Source: Deltaproteobacteria bacterium
GTDB lineage: Bacteria; Desulfobacterota; Deferrisomatia; Deferrisomatales; BM512
DNA: 64,000 bases
Direction of reading: 5' to 3'
NCBI GenBank assembly: GCA_002869015.1
Contig: PKTT01000062.1
Span: 26,257-90,256, forward strand
Position 1 is the first letter of the stretch. The number at the start of each line of letters is the position of its first letter. Below the pieces are notes generated by a model that searched no databases, was not told where the DNA came from, and saw only the letters and a program-made list of their open reading frames with translations. Positions 8,594 through 17,132 of this stretch are shown in pieces. A program made the translations under genes and the position numbers.

Positions 8594-9181
8594 TCAGCCG
8601 ACATCCTCAAAGGAGCGGGCAAGCACATAAGCTGCCTGCAGCGCCGAGGTTGGGCAGAGCGGGAAACATTCCTTACAATCCCAGCACTCTTTGGCTGCTA
8701 TCTCAGGGATAAAGCTTATCTCCCGGCTGGCACCCTGATCAACGAAGGTGACCGCATTTTTCCCCTTTATCTCATCGCAGTAGCGCACACAGAGTCCACA
8801 ATGAATACAAAAGGATGACTCTCTGCGATATTTCTCGGGGTCTGCTTTGTACTCCTTTGCCATCTCAGCAAGGTCATGGGAGTCGGGGGCATGTGCCAGC
8901 ATCAACTCCAATATTGTCTTTCTGATCTGGTCAATCTTCTCGGAGCGTGTGCGTACAACAATATCTGCTTCCACCGGGTAAACGCAGCCCACAACGTACT
9001 TGGTGCGGCCCCACGCCTCAACCTCCACCGTGCAGACGCGGCAACCGCCGTAAGGCTCCAGCTTGTCATGGTGACAAAGGGTGGGTATCTCAACCCCCAC
9101 TGTGCGGGCGGCTTCCAGGAGCGTCATGCCTTCTGTGGCTGCGACTTCTTTGCCATCTATCGTTAAGCGGACTTCACTCAT
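8594..9181 (-). CDS. bamI: Class II benzoyl-CoA reductase subunit BamI-like (NuoG N-terminal type 2Fe-2S/4Fe-4S protein)
   Basis: 195 aa. The N-terminus (RLTIDGKEVAATEGMTLLEAARTVGVEIPTLCHHDKLEPYGGCRVCTVEV) is typical of the NuoG/HydC N-terminus. Last gene of the bamB-I syntenic block. Confidence 0.75.
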   Translation of the reverse strand: MSEVRLTIDGKEVAATEGMTLLEAARTVGVEIPTLCHHDKLEPYGGCRVCTVEVEAWGRTKYVVGCVYPVEADIVVRTRSEKIDQIRKTILELMLAHAPDSHDLAEMAKEYKADPEKYRRESSFCIHCGLCVRYCDEIKGKNAVTFVDQGASREISFIPEIAAKECWDCKECFPLCPTSALQAAYVLARSFEDVG

Positions 9182-9217
9182 CTTAAATGCTTTCTCTTGT
9201 CAGGCCCTCTACAGGGC

Positions 9218-10903
9218 TCAGTTTGCCTCAATAGCGCAGTCGCCTGCGGGGCACTTCTTCTCATTGATATGCGCTTCGTACTCGGCTTTGAAATACCTTA
9301 GCGCGCTCCGCAATGGGTCCGGCGCCGTCTTCCCCAAGGAACAGAGAGAAGCCACAGACATGGTGTCTGCAATCTCCTCCAGCCGCTCTATGTCTCCCGG
9401 CCTGCCCTCGCCGCTGCAAATATCATTTAAGATATTCAGCATCTGGCGCATACCCTCTCGGCATGGTGTGCATTTGCCGCAGGACTCCTTGGTGAGGAAT
9501 TCGACGAAGTAGCGGGTAAGGGACACCATGCAAGTCTCATCGTCGATAACGAGCAGTGCGCCTGCGCCCATTGGCGCCCCAAGCTTACCAAGCTCATCGA
9601 AATCGAGGGGGGTGTCTATCATGTCGCCGGGTATAGAGCCGCCCATCGGCCCGCCAAAGTGGACCGCTTTTAACTTCTTACCGTTAGCGACGCCGCCGCC
9701 GATGGTCTCCACCACCGTTTTGAGCGATGTGCCCATCTCAACCTCGACAACGCCTATATTTCGCGCACTGCCTGAGAGGGAGATAAGCTTGCTCCCATTT
9801 GACTTCTCGGTGCCCATGCCGGCGAACCACTCTACGCCGTTATTTATTATGTAGGGTACATTGGCCCAGGTCTCTACGTTGTTTAAATTGCTGGGCATGT
9901 CGTTTACGCCGCTGACCGAGGTGCGCACATACTTGGGGCGCGGCTCCGGCATGTTTCCTTCCAGCGACCGCATCAGCGCGCTCGATTCTCCGGATACGAA
10001 GATGCCGACATCGAAATGCACCTCTACATCAAAGTCAAATCCAGAGCCGAGGATGTCATTGCCAAGCAGCCCCGCCTCACGCGCCTGTTCAAGGGCTCTA
10101 TTGAGGTTAGCCAGAAGCATCGGGCTGTCATGACGGGTATAGATGAAGCCCTTGGTTGCGCCTATAGCGCGAGCTCCGATAATCAGCCCCTCAAGAACGA
10201 GGTGTGGGTTGCCGGTGAAAAGTGCCCTGTCCATGAAAGCACCTGGTTCGCCCTCATGCCCGTTTACTATCACGTACTTCTCTTCGCCGGGGGCATTGCG
10301 TGTTGTCTCCCACTTCCGGCCCGCCGGGAAACCGCCACCCCCCCTGCCCCTCAAATTGGACTCTTTAACTTCATCCAATATAGCTTCAGGGGTCATGGCG
10401 AAGAGCGCCTTTGAAAGAGCAGCGTACCCACCTATAGCCAGATAGTCCTCAAGGCTCGTGGGGTCGATGCGTGCGTTGTCACCTATGAGAATTCTCGATT
10501 GCTCACGGTAGAAGGGAATTTTATCAAGGGCCTCTACGCGCTCACCCGTATCGGGGTCGGCGTAGAGAAGTCGCTCAATTGGTTTTTCGCCATTGGCAAC
10601 CTGAGAGACAATCTCGGCCGCGTCATCAGCGCCTACCTGGACGTAACATATATTTGAGGGGTTTACGATTACCACAGGCCCCATTTCACAAAAGCCGAGG
10701 CAGCCTGTTGCCATAACCCTTACCTTGCCTTCAAGCCCCTGCGCCTTCACCTCTTTTTCAAAGGCGTCAACTACCGCCCCGTTACCCAGAGCGTGGCAGT
10801 TGGGAGCAGCGCATATGGCAATTGAGGACGCTTTGGGGTCGCGAGCCTCTAAAATGGCTTTACGAATCTCTTCAAGTTTCTCGGGCGAGCCGATCCTTTG
10901 CAT
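9218..10903 (-). CDS. bamH: BamH-like NAD(P)H-binding flavoprotein (NuoF/HydB family)
   Basis: 561 aa. NuoF motifs (GRGGGGFPAGRKWE, ESCGKCTPCREG) plus an N-terminal thioredoxin-like Fe-S domain. Confidence 0.85.
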   Translation of the reverse strand: MQRIGSPEKLEEIRKAILEARDPKASSIAICAAPNCHALGNGAVVDAFEKEVKAQGLEGKVRVMATGCLGFCEMGPVVIVNPSNICYVQVGADDAAEIVSQVANGEKPIERLLYADPDTGERVEALDKIPFYREQSRILIGDNARIDPTSLEDYLAIGGYAALSKALFAMTPEAILDEVKESNLRGRGGGGFPAGRKWETTRNAPGEEKYVIVNGHEGEPGAFMDRALFTGNPHLVLEGLIIGARAIGATKGFIYTRHDSPMLLANLNRALEQAREAGLLGNDILGSGFDFDVEVHFDVGIFVSGESSALMRSLEGNMPEPRPKYVRTSVSGVNDMPSNLNNVETWANVPYIINNGVEWFAGMGTEKSNGSKLISLSGSARNIGVVEVEMGTSLKTVVETIGGGVANGKKLKAVHFGGPMGGSIPGDMIDTPLDFDELGKLGAPMGAGALLVIDDETCMVSLTRYFVEFLTKESCGKCTPCREGMRQMLNILNDICSGEGRPGDIERLEEIADTMSVASLCSLGKTAPDPLRSALRYFKAEYEAHINEKKCPAGDCAIEAN

Positions 10904-10912
10904 ATTCTGTCC

Positions 10913-11365
10913 TTACTTGACGTTTTTCAGCACGTCTTCGGTTTTACTCGGAGCAAGCCGTCCATGATATTGGCCGTCCACCATCATCACGGGACCAAGC
11001 GAGCAAGCGCCCATACAGTTGACCGCAGTTAAACTGAATTTTGATTCGCTGTCTGTCTCTCCGGGGCGAATACCGGCAACCTCATACACAGTGTCGAGCA
11101 CCTTCTGCGCGCCGCGAAGGTGGCAGGAAGTTCCGGTGCAGACATGGAGCTCATGGTCACCCTTTGGCACAAGGCTGAAAGTCTTATAAAAAGCGGCTAT
11201 CTGTTGAACTTTGGCCAATGGAACCCCCAGCCGCTCGCTGACCCTCTCCAATGCCTCCTTCGGCAGCCAGCGGTTGTGATGCTGGATGTCCATGAGGATC
11301 ATAATGAGCGCCCTTGGCTTGGCCTCAAATTTATCAATGATCTGGTCGATCTTATCCTGAGTCAT
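10913..11365 (-). CDS. bamG: BamG-like 2Fe-2S protein (NuoE/HoxE family)
   Basis: 150 aa. NuoE pattern HELHVCTGTSCHLRGA...CMGACSLGPVMMVDG. Confidence 0.85.
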   Translation of the reverse strand: MTQDKIDQIIDKFEAKPRALIMILMDIQHHNRWLPKEALERVSERLGVPLAKVQQIAAFYKTFSLVPKGDHELHVCTGTSCHLRGAQKVLDTVYEVAGIRPGETDSESKFSLTAVNCMGACSLGPVMMVDGQYHGRLAPSKTEDVLKNVK

Positions 11366-11382
11366 ATCCTGAACCTCGTCGC

Positions 11383-12159
11383 CTAAACCGCTTTGGCCAA
11401 GCGGAACCGCTTATCGTCTTCGTTGTAACGGACAAGCCCGTGTTTAGCCGAGTTACCTATGTGCCGGGCAACCTCTGAAGTGCTCATACCCAAAGCTTCG
11501 GCCAACTCGGCTGCGTTGCTGGCTGATTTAGCCAACTGAGTGAGGATGAGGCTTACAGCAAGCTTGTCGCCAACCAAATCCTTGAGCAGCCGCTCAACGT
11601 CAGGAGAGTTGAAATACTCGGCATACTTCTCCGCCGTATCGAAGCGCACTCTAAGCCGTTCGCGCTCAACGAGGCGCACATTGGGCAGAAGCCTGTTTAA
11701 AGCCTCGAAACGCTCGGTGAGCTGTTCGGGTGTTATTCCTTCACCCTCCCCGAGGGGGCCAAGCTCTTTAATCTGCGAGCTGAAATCATTTACGGTCTGA
11801 ACAAAGCGGAGTCCCTCACCCGCTGACATCTGCGCTATACGCAAACGCCTTGGGTCAATTCCAACGAAACCTAGCAGCTTTTTGCAAAGCTCGACCATGT
11901 GAGCCGCATGGTAATTGCCGCCGGTGTCGTAATGGCAATCCCCGAGATGGCAACCGCCAATCAGGACGCCGTCCTTGCCGTTTGTAAATGCCCGTATCAC
12001 ATGAGAGAGGTCGACTCTCCCGGTACACATGATGCGGATAAGCTTTATATCTGTTGCATATTGGAGTCTGGACACGCCAGCCAGGTCAGCAGACCCGTAC
12101 GCTCACCAATTGCAGACAAAGCCCAGAATGTCGGGCCGGTGTGAGAAGCTGGTTCCCAT
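11383..12159 (-). CDS. bamF: BamF-like MvhD-type protein, predicted selenoprotein (in-frame TGA at 12103-12105) with a C-terminal wHTH-like extension
   Basis: The ORF track starts at GTG 12075. The same frame continues upstream through one TGA to ATG 12159 (AAGGAG RBS at 12166-12171): MGTSFSHRPDILGFVCNW-TGA-AYGSADLAGVSRLQY.... This aligns with the MvhD N-terminal motif FCCNWC(T/S)YGGADxAG, with the TGA at the second Cys. Confidence 0.75.
12064..12096 (-). promoter_or_regulatory. Candidate SECIS hairpin downstream of the bamF UGA
   Basis: The mRNA from 7 nt after the UGA reads GGGUCUG-CUGACCUGGCUGGCGUGUC-CAGACUC. It forms a 7-bp lower stem (one G-U pair) with further GAC/GUC pairing possible. 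Hand-folded only. Confidence 0.35.
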
Positions 12160-12216
12160 TTTTATCTCCTTAAAAATTAAACTGCACTTACCTGAAACTG
12201 TTACCGGGATGCGCTA

Positions 12217-15200
12217 CTACGCAGCATCTATCTGCGAGGCTATCTCGCACTCGGTATAATGCTTTAGATCTACTGCTCCCGTGGGGCACTTAGTGTTGCA
12301 AAGGCCATCGCCCTTACAGAGGACCGGATTTACCCTCGCCTTCTTGCCTGCCGGGGTATCGTGGAACTCAATGGCGTTGTAGCTGCAAGCTGTTATACAC
12401 GCGCCGCATGAGATGCAGTCTGACTCTGCGACCTGGGCTACCGCGCCGGAGGCGCTCACCGCGTCTTTCGCCAAAACGTTTACCGCACGTCCTGCAGCGC
12501 CGAAGGCCTGGCTTATAGCTTCTGGAATTCGCTTCGGGTAATGGGCGCTGCCACAAAGGAAGACTCCATCGGCGGCAAAATCCACCGGGCGAAGCTTTAC
12601 GTGAGCCTCCTGGAAAAAACCGTCTGGATTGAGCGACACCTTGAACTGGCGCGCAGCCTCCTGGCTTCCCTCTGAGGGGACCACCGCCGCAGCCAGCGTA
12701 ACCAGGTCAACATCAATTTCGAGCATCTTCCCAAGGATCGGGTCCGGCACCCTCAGCTTAAGCGCCGAGCCGCCCTCCTCAACTTGAGGCTTTGCATCGG
12801 GCTCATAGCGGATGAATTTGACGTCCATACCGGCGGCTTCGCGGTACGCCTGCTCCGCCATGCCATAGGTGCGCATATCCCTGTAAATGACATAGACCTC
12901 TCTCTTGGGGTCGGATTTTTTGAGGGCTATTGCGTTTTTAACGGACTGGGTGCAGCAGAGGCGGCTACAGTAATTGCGCTCCTCATTACGACATCCTACG
13001 CACTGGATCATAGCCACGCTCTTAGCGCTATCAACCAGCTCGGAGCCCCCGTCCATCGCAGCTTCCAGCTCAAGGGAAGTTAGCACCCTCTCGCTCTCTC
13101 CGTACAGGTACTCGGTAGGCTTGTGCTCATCTGCGCCTGTAGCGAGAACCGCTACGCCGTGGGCTATGTTTCTAGTCCTGCTGCCTGTACGTACAGTCGT
13201 ATTGAAGTCACCGATGTAGCCTGTGACCTGGGTTATTCTGGAGTCAGTCCATACATGTATTAATGGGTTTTTATAGACCGCATTGATTAGACCATCTATG
13301 TGGGACTGAACATCCATCCCCTCAAGCGTTGTGGGCACCCTTCGCGCCATACCGCCAAGGTCCTTATCCTTTTCAACCAGATAAACCTCAAACCCCTGGC
13401 TCGCCATGCTTAGCGCAGTGGTCATGCCTGAAAGGCCACCGCCCACTACCAGCCCGGCTTTGTTCACAGGCAGCTCATACTCAGGCAATGGCTCCAAAAG
13501 CGCGGCGCGAGAGACAGACATGCGCACTATCTCTTTGGCTTTGGCAGTTGCGGCCTCTTTCTCTCTCGAATGGACCCAGGAGCAATGCTCGCGTATGTTC
13601 GCCATCTCATAGAAGTAGGGGTTTATTCCGCCCTCCCGGCAGGTATCGCGGAAGAGGGGCTCGTGGGTACGAGGAGTGCATGCCGCGACGACGACTCTGT
13701 TAAGGTCCTTATCTCGAATCTGGTCGGAGATATCCTTTGCATTCTCCGTCGAACAGGCAAAGAGGCTCTCCTGCGCATGGACGACATTGCCAAGCGTGGA
13801 TGCATACTCTACGACCGAGGGCACATCGACCACGCGGCCTATGTTCGCGCCGCAATGGCATACGAACACGCCAATCTTTAGCTCCTCGCCTGAGGTATCC
13901 TTCTCTTCAGGATATACTCGCTCACGGGAGAGTTTGCCTCTGCGGTAGGAGAGCAACTGGCTGCAAAGAGCGTCCGCTCCGCTGGCGGCTACAACGGACT
14001 CCGGTATATCGAGAGGGCCGGTGAAAGCGCCGCTGACGAAGATGCCCGGGCGGCTTGTTTCAATGGGGTTCTCCGGCTTGGTCTTGCAAAAACCATATTC
14101 GTTGAGCTCTACTCCAAAGGTATCCGCCAGCTCTTTGACGTTCTCGGTGGGGTTTATACCAACCGAGAGCACTACCAGATCAAACTCCGCCTCTTTGACC
14201 CCATCATCTGGAGTTGAGTAGCGGATGGTAAGATTTTTTGTTTCAGGATCTTCGCCCGCCATTGAAACGTAGCTGCGAATGAACTCGACGTCGGAGAGGT
14301 TCTCTGCGCGCTGGTAGTAGCGCTCGAAGTCCTTGCCGAAGGCGCGGATATCATTGTGAAAGACAGTGGCTTTGATTTCGGCGTCGTGGTCTTTTGCCAA
14401 GATCACCTGCTTTTGAGTGTAAGCACAGCAAACCGCCGAGCAGTAGCTGTTGCCTCCGGGGCGAACTTGGCGGGAGCCAACGCACTGAATCCAACCTATT
14501 TTCTCGGGGTGCTTTCCATCTGAAGGGCGGCGGATGTGTCCGTCATAGGGGCCAGTGGAGCAGAGTATACGCTCAAAGTCGAGGCTCGTTACCACGTTCT
14601 CCATGGTTCCATAGCCATAATCGCCTCGAAGCGAGGGGTCGAACACCTCATACCCCGGCGATAGCAGCACTGCTCCCACGCTAAGCTGCTCCAGCTTGAC
14701 GCTCTGGTGGAGGTCAATGGCGTTGTGTTTGCAAACTCCGCTGCAAATTGTGCACTTCTCCCCCTGGAGATACAGGCATTTATCAGGATCGACGTAAGTG
14801 ACCAGCGGAACAGCCTGGGAGAAGTATATGTGAACAGCCTTGTTTTCAGAGAGGTTCTGGTTGTAGGGGTCCGGCACCTTCGCGGGGCAGTACTCCACGC
14901 AGACACCGCAGCCGGTGCACTTGTTTTCGATTATGTAGCGTGGCTTTCTCGCCAAGGTGATTTTGAAATCACCGGCGTGGCCGCTCACATCGCGCACCTC
15001 TGTGTAGGTCAGAATCTCTATATTTGGGTGACGGCTGCACTCAATGAACTTCGGCGACTCAATGCACATCGAACAGTCATTGGTGGGGAAGGTCTTGTCC
15101 AACTGCGCCATCTTGCCGCCGATGGAGGGGGCCTTGTCCACCAGCACCACCCTGAACCCCGCGTCACCGAGGTCAAGGGCAGCCTGTATGCCGCTGATAC

Positions 15201-15282
15201 CCCCACCGACTATCAACACGTCGGCGTGGTCGCTCTCAAGAGAGTGTTCGAGCCGTAGGTCGTCTAACGGTAAATTTTCCAC
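12217..15282 (-). CDS. bamE: BamE-like HdrA-type FAD/Fe-S oxidoreductase (large fused form)
   Basis: 1021 aa. GTG start with AAGGAAG RBS. HdrA signatures (VLIVGGGISGIQAALDL, KTFPTNDCSMCI), several CxxCxxCxxxCP ferredoxin motifs and a second FAD-binding domain (VVGGGLSGMTTAL). No in-frame stop. Confidence 0.85.
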   Translation of the reverse strand: MENLPLDDLRLEHSLESDHADVLIVGGGISGIQAALDLGDAGFRVVLVDKAPSIGGKMAQLDKTFPTNDCSMCIESPKFIECSRHPNIEILTYTEVRDVSGHAGDFKITLARKPRYIIENKCTGCGVCVEYCPAKVPDPYNQNLSENKAVHIYFSQAVPLVTYVDPDKCLYLQGEKCTICSGVCKHNAIDLHQSVKLEQLSVGAVLLSPGYEVFDPSLRGDYGYGTMENVVTSLDFERILCSTGPYDGHIRRPSDGKHPEKIGWIQCVGSRQVRPGGNSYCSAVCCAYTQKQVILAKDHDAEIKATVFHNDIRAFGKDFERYYQRAENLSDVEFIRSYVSMAGEDPETKNLTIRYSTPDDGVKEAEFDLVVLSVGINPTENVKELADTFGVELNEYGFCKTKPENPIETSRPGIFVSGAFTGPLDIPESVVAASGADALCSQLLSYRRGKLSRERVYPEEKDTSGEELKIGVFVCHCGANIGRVVDVPSVVEYASTLGNVVHAQESLFACSTENAKDISDQIRDKDLNRVVVAACTPRTHEPLFRDTCREGGINPYFYEMANIREHCSWVHSREKEAATAKAKEIVRMSVSRAALLEPLPEYELPVNKAGLVVGGGLSGMTTALSMASQGFEVYLVEKDKDLGGMARRVPTTLEGMDVQSHIDGLINAVYKNPLIHVWTDSRITQVTGYIGDFNTTVRTGSRTRNIAHGVAVLATGADEHKPTEYLYGESERVLTSLELEAAMDGGSELVDSAKSVAMIQCVGCRNEERNYCSRLCCTQSVKNAIALKKSDPKREVYVIYRDMRTYGMAEQAYREAAGMDVKFIRYEPDAKPQVEEGGSALKLRVPDPILGKMLEIDVDLVTLAAAVVPSEGSQEAARQFKVSLNPDGFFQEAHVKLRPVDFAADGVFLCGSAHYPKRIPEAISQAFGAAGRAVNVLAKDAVSASGAVAQVAESDCISCGACITACSYNAIEFHDTPAGKKARVNPVLCKGDGLCNTKCPTGAVDLKHYTECEIASQIDAA

Positions 15283-15343
15283 GTCTATTCTTCCTTTAGC
15301 GGGACGAATCCCTAAGGGTTACTGCTAAAACGCATAGCCTCAT

Positions 15344-16507
15344 CTATAGAGACTCGTACAACAGCTCCATTACATCTTTTATCTGGAGACTTTCGCTATC
15401 CTCAAGCCCCAGCCGGCTATCTTCAAAGTTTGCTATGCAATAAGGGCAGGCGGTGGCGAGCACCGCAGCCCCAGCCTCTGCGGCCTGATTGACTCTGATC
15501 GTAGAGAAGCGCTCCTCCTTGGGGGTATCAACCCAAATGCGCCCTCCGCCCCCTCCGCAGCAGAGGCTCTTCTCCCTTGAATCCGGGAGCTCGACCAAAT
15601 CAACTCCGGGGATGCTTTTCAAAAGGTCGCGCGGCTCCTCGTAGACCCCATTGTGGCGGCCAAGGTAGCAGGGGTCGTGGTAGGCAACAACAGCGGGCAT
15701 CTCCTTTGTCGGGGTGATACGCCCCTCTGCTATAAGCTCTGAGATATACTGGGTTACGTGCACTACCTCGAAGTTGACCATAAATTCAGGGTATTCATTT
15801 TTAAAGGTGTGGTAGCAGTGCGGTGAATTGACCAACACCTTTTTGACCCCATGTTCGATGAAGTTTTTGATGTTCTCTTTGGCAAGCCTGACGAAGGTCT
15901 CCTCATCGCCGGCTTTTCTGATTGACTCACCACAGCAATTTTCCTTGGTCCCGAGAATGCCAAAGGATACGCCGGCCTTGTCCAGCAACTTGGTAGTTGC
16001 GGCAGCCACCTTCCTGAGTCGCCTGTCATAACTTAGGTAGCAGCCGGAGAAGTAGAGCACCTCCATATCATCGGTAAATGGCTTTACCGGCAAATCCTTC
16101 GCCCAATCGGCGCGCTTATCACGTGGCTCTCCCAGCGGGTTGCCCTCTATTGACAGATTGCCGCTGGCAGCTCTCAGCGGTTTGACCTTTTCAGGGAAGA
16201 CATCGTATTCAGTGGCAATTCGCCTGAGCGCTACACCGGAGTCTATCTGGCGAACATCTCTAGGGCACTGAGTAGGGCAAGTGCCGCAGGTGGTGCAACG
16301 CCAAATCTCCTCATTTTCGATTTCAGTCAAACCGAAGACAGCCTGGCGTACTATCTTTCTCATGCTGAAGGGGCGCACCCTGTTCCAGGGGCATACTGTG
16401 TCGCATAGCCCGCACTGGTAGCAGTATTTAAAGGCGTCGCCGCCTTTTTCCTTAATTATTTCAACAATGTCTTCAAAGGGCGCAACTGTTTCCACGGCAA
16501 TCCCCAA
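15344..16507 (-). CDS. bamD: BamD-like HdrD-type Fe-S/CCG-domain protein
   Basis: 387 aa. CYQCGLCDTVCPW and CTTCGTCPTQCPR motifs plus two CCG motifs (ENCCGES, SLCCGGGGG). TTG start, uncertain by a few codons. Confidence 0.8.
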   Translation of the reverse strand: MGIAVETVAPFEDIVEIIKEKGGDAFKYCYQCGLCDTVCPWNRVRPFSMRKIVRQAVFGLTEIENEEIWRCTTCGTCPTQCPRDVRQIDSGVALRRIATEYDVFPEKVKPLRAASGNLSIEGNPLGEPRDKRADWAKDLPVKPFTDDMEVLYFSGCYLSYDRRLRKVAAATTKLLDKAGVSFGILGTKENCCGESIRKAGDEETFVRLAKENIKNFIEHGVKKVLVNSPHCYHTFKNEYPEFMVNFEVVHVTQYISELIAEGRITPTKEMPAVVAYHDPCYLGRHNGVYEEPRDLLKSIPGVDLVELPDSREKSLCCGGGGGRIWVDTPKEERFSTIRVNQAAEAGAAVLATACPYCIANFEDSRLGLEDSESLQIKDVMELLYESL

Positions 16508-16522
16508 TCGTTTCTTAAGTGG

Positions 16523-17074
16523 TTAAGCGGATTTCTTGGCCATGGTGGCGACCGATTTCACCACTTCTTCAAGCCCGTATCGTTTAACCAGATATTCGAG
16601 CCCAATCTCTTTTTCTCCGCGTTCTGGTGTTATGGAGTCCTCGGCCTCAACCTGGTATTCGTGGTAGGTAAGCGCGCCCGGGTGGCAGACCTGTACGCAC
16701 ATCGGCTCACCGATGTCCAGGCTCTCGCACATATCACACTTTAGAGGAAGGCCTGAATCCGGCTCCGTAAAACGGGAGCGTGACGGGCACGAGGCGGGGC
16801 AGAGAAGACAAGACTCATACTCTTTGCCATCTATTGTGTATTTGTTTCGCCCAGCACATTCAGCCTCGGCGTAATCTCCCGCCCTGATGGGTATATAAGC
16901 GTCGGTGGACTCATCAATGACCACGGTGATACGGGAGCGGGCCGGGTTAACGCTTGTATAGGGAGGCATTGCGTGGGCTGCGGAGCAGCTCATCTCGCAG
17001 CTGAGACACCCATTACATTTATTTACGTCGACACGGATCTCTTTGATCGTCTTCATCTTCTTATTTTCTTTCAT
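16523..17074 (-). CDS. bamC: BamC-like 4Fe-4S cluster protein
   Basis: 183 aa. CNGCLSCEMSCSAAH and further Cys clusters. GGAGA RBS. Lies immediately downstream of the AOR-type subunit. Confidence 0.8.
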   Translation of the reverse strand: MKENKKMKTIKEIRVDVNKCNGCLSCEMSCSAAHAMPPYTSVNPARSRITVVIDESTDAYIPIRAGDYAEAECAGRNKYTIDGKEYESCLLCPASCPSRSRFTEPDSGLPLKCDMCESLDIGEPMCVQVCHPGALTYHEYQVEAEDSITPERGEKEIGLEYLVKRYGLEEVVKSVATMAKKSA

Positions 17075-17132
17075 TTAACTTTCTCCATAACCACCGGCGC
17101 TTCTTTGGCGCGCAGCGTCAGGGTGCGAACGA

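Noticed and set aside
12217-15282. Looked for a selenocysteine TGA in the HdrA-like bamE, as reported for some deltaproteobacterial HdrA/BamE proteins.
   Set aside because: The 1021-codon frame is uninterrupted, and the conserved motif reads NDCSMCI with Cys codons. No recoding is needed.
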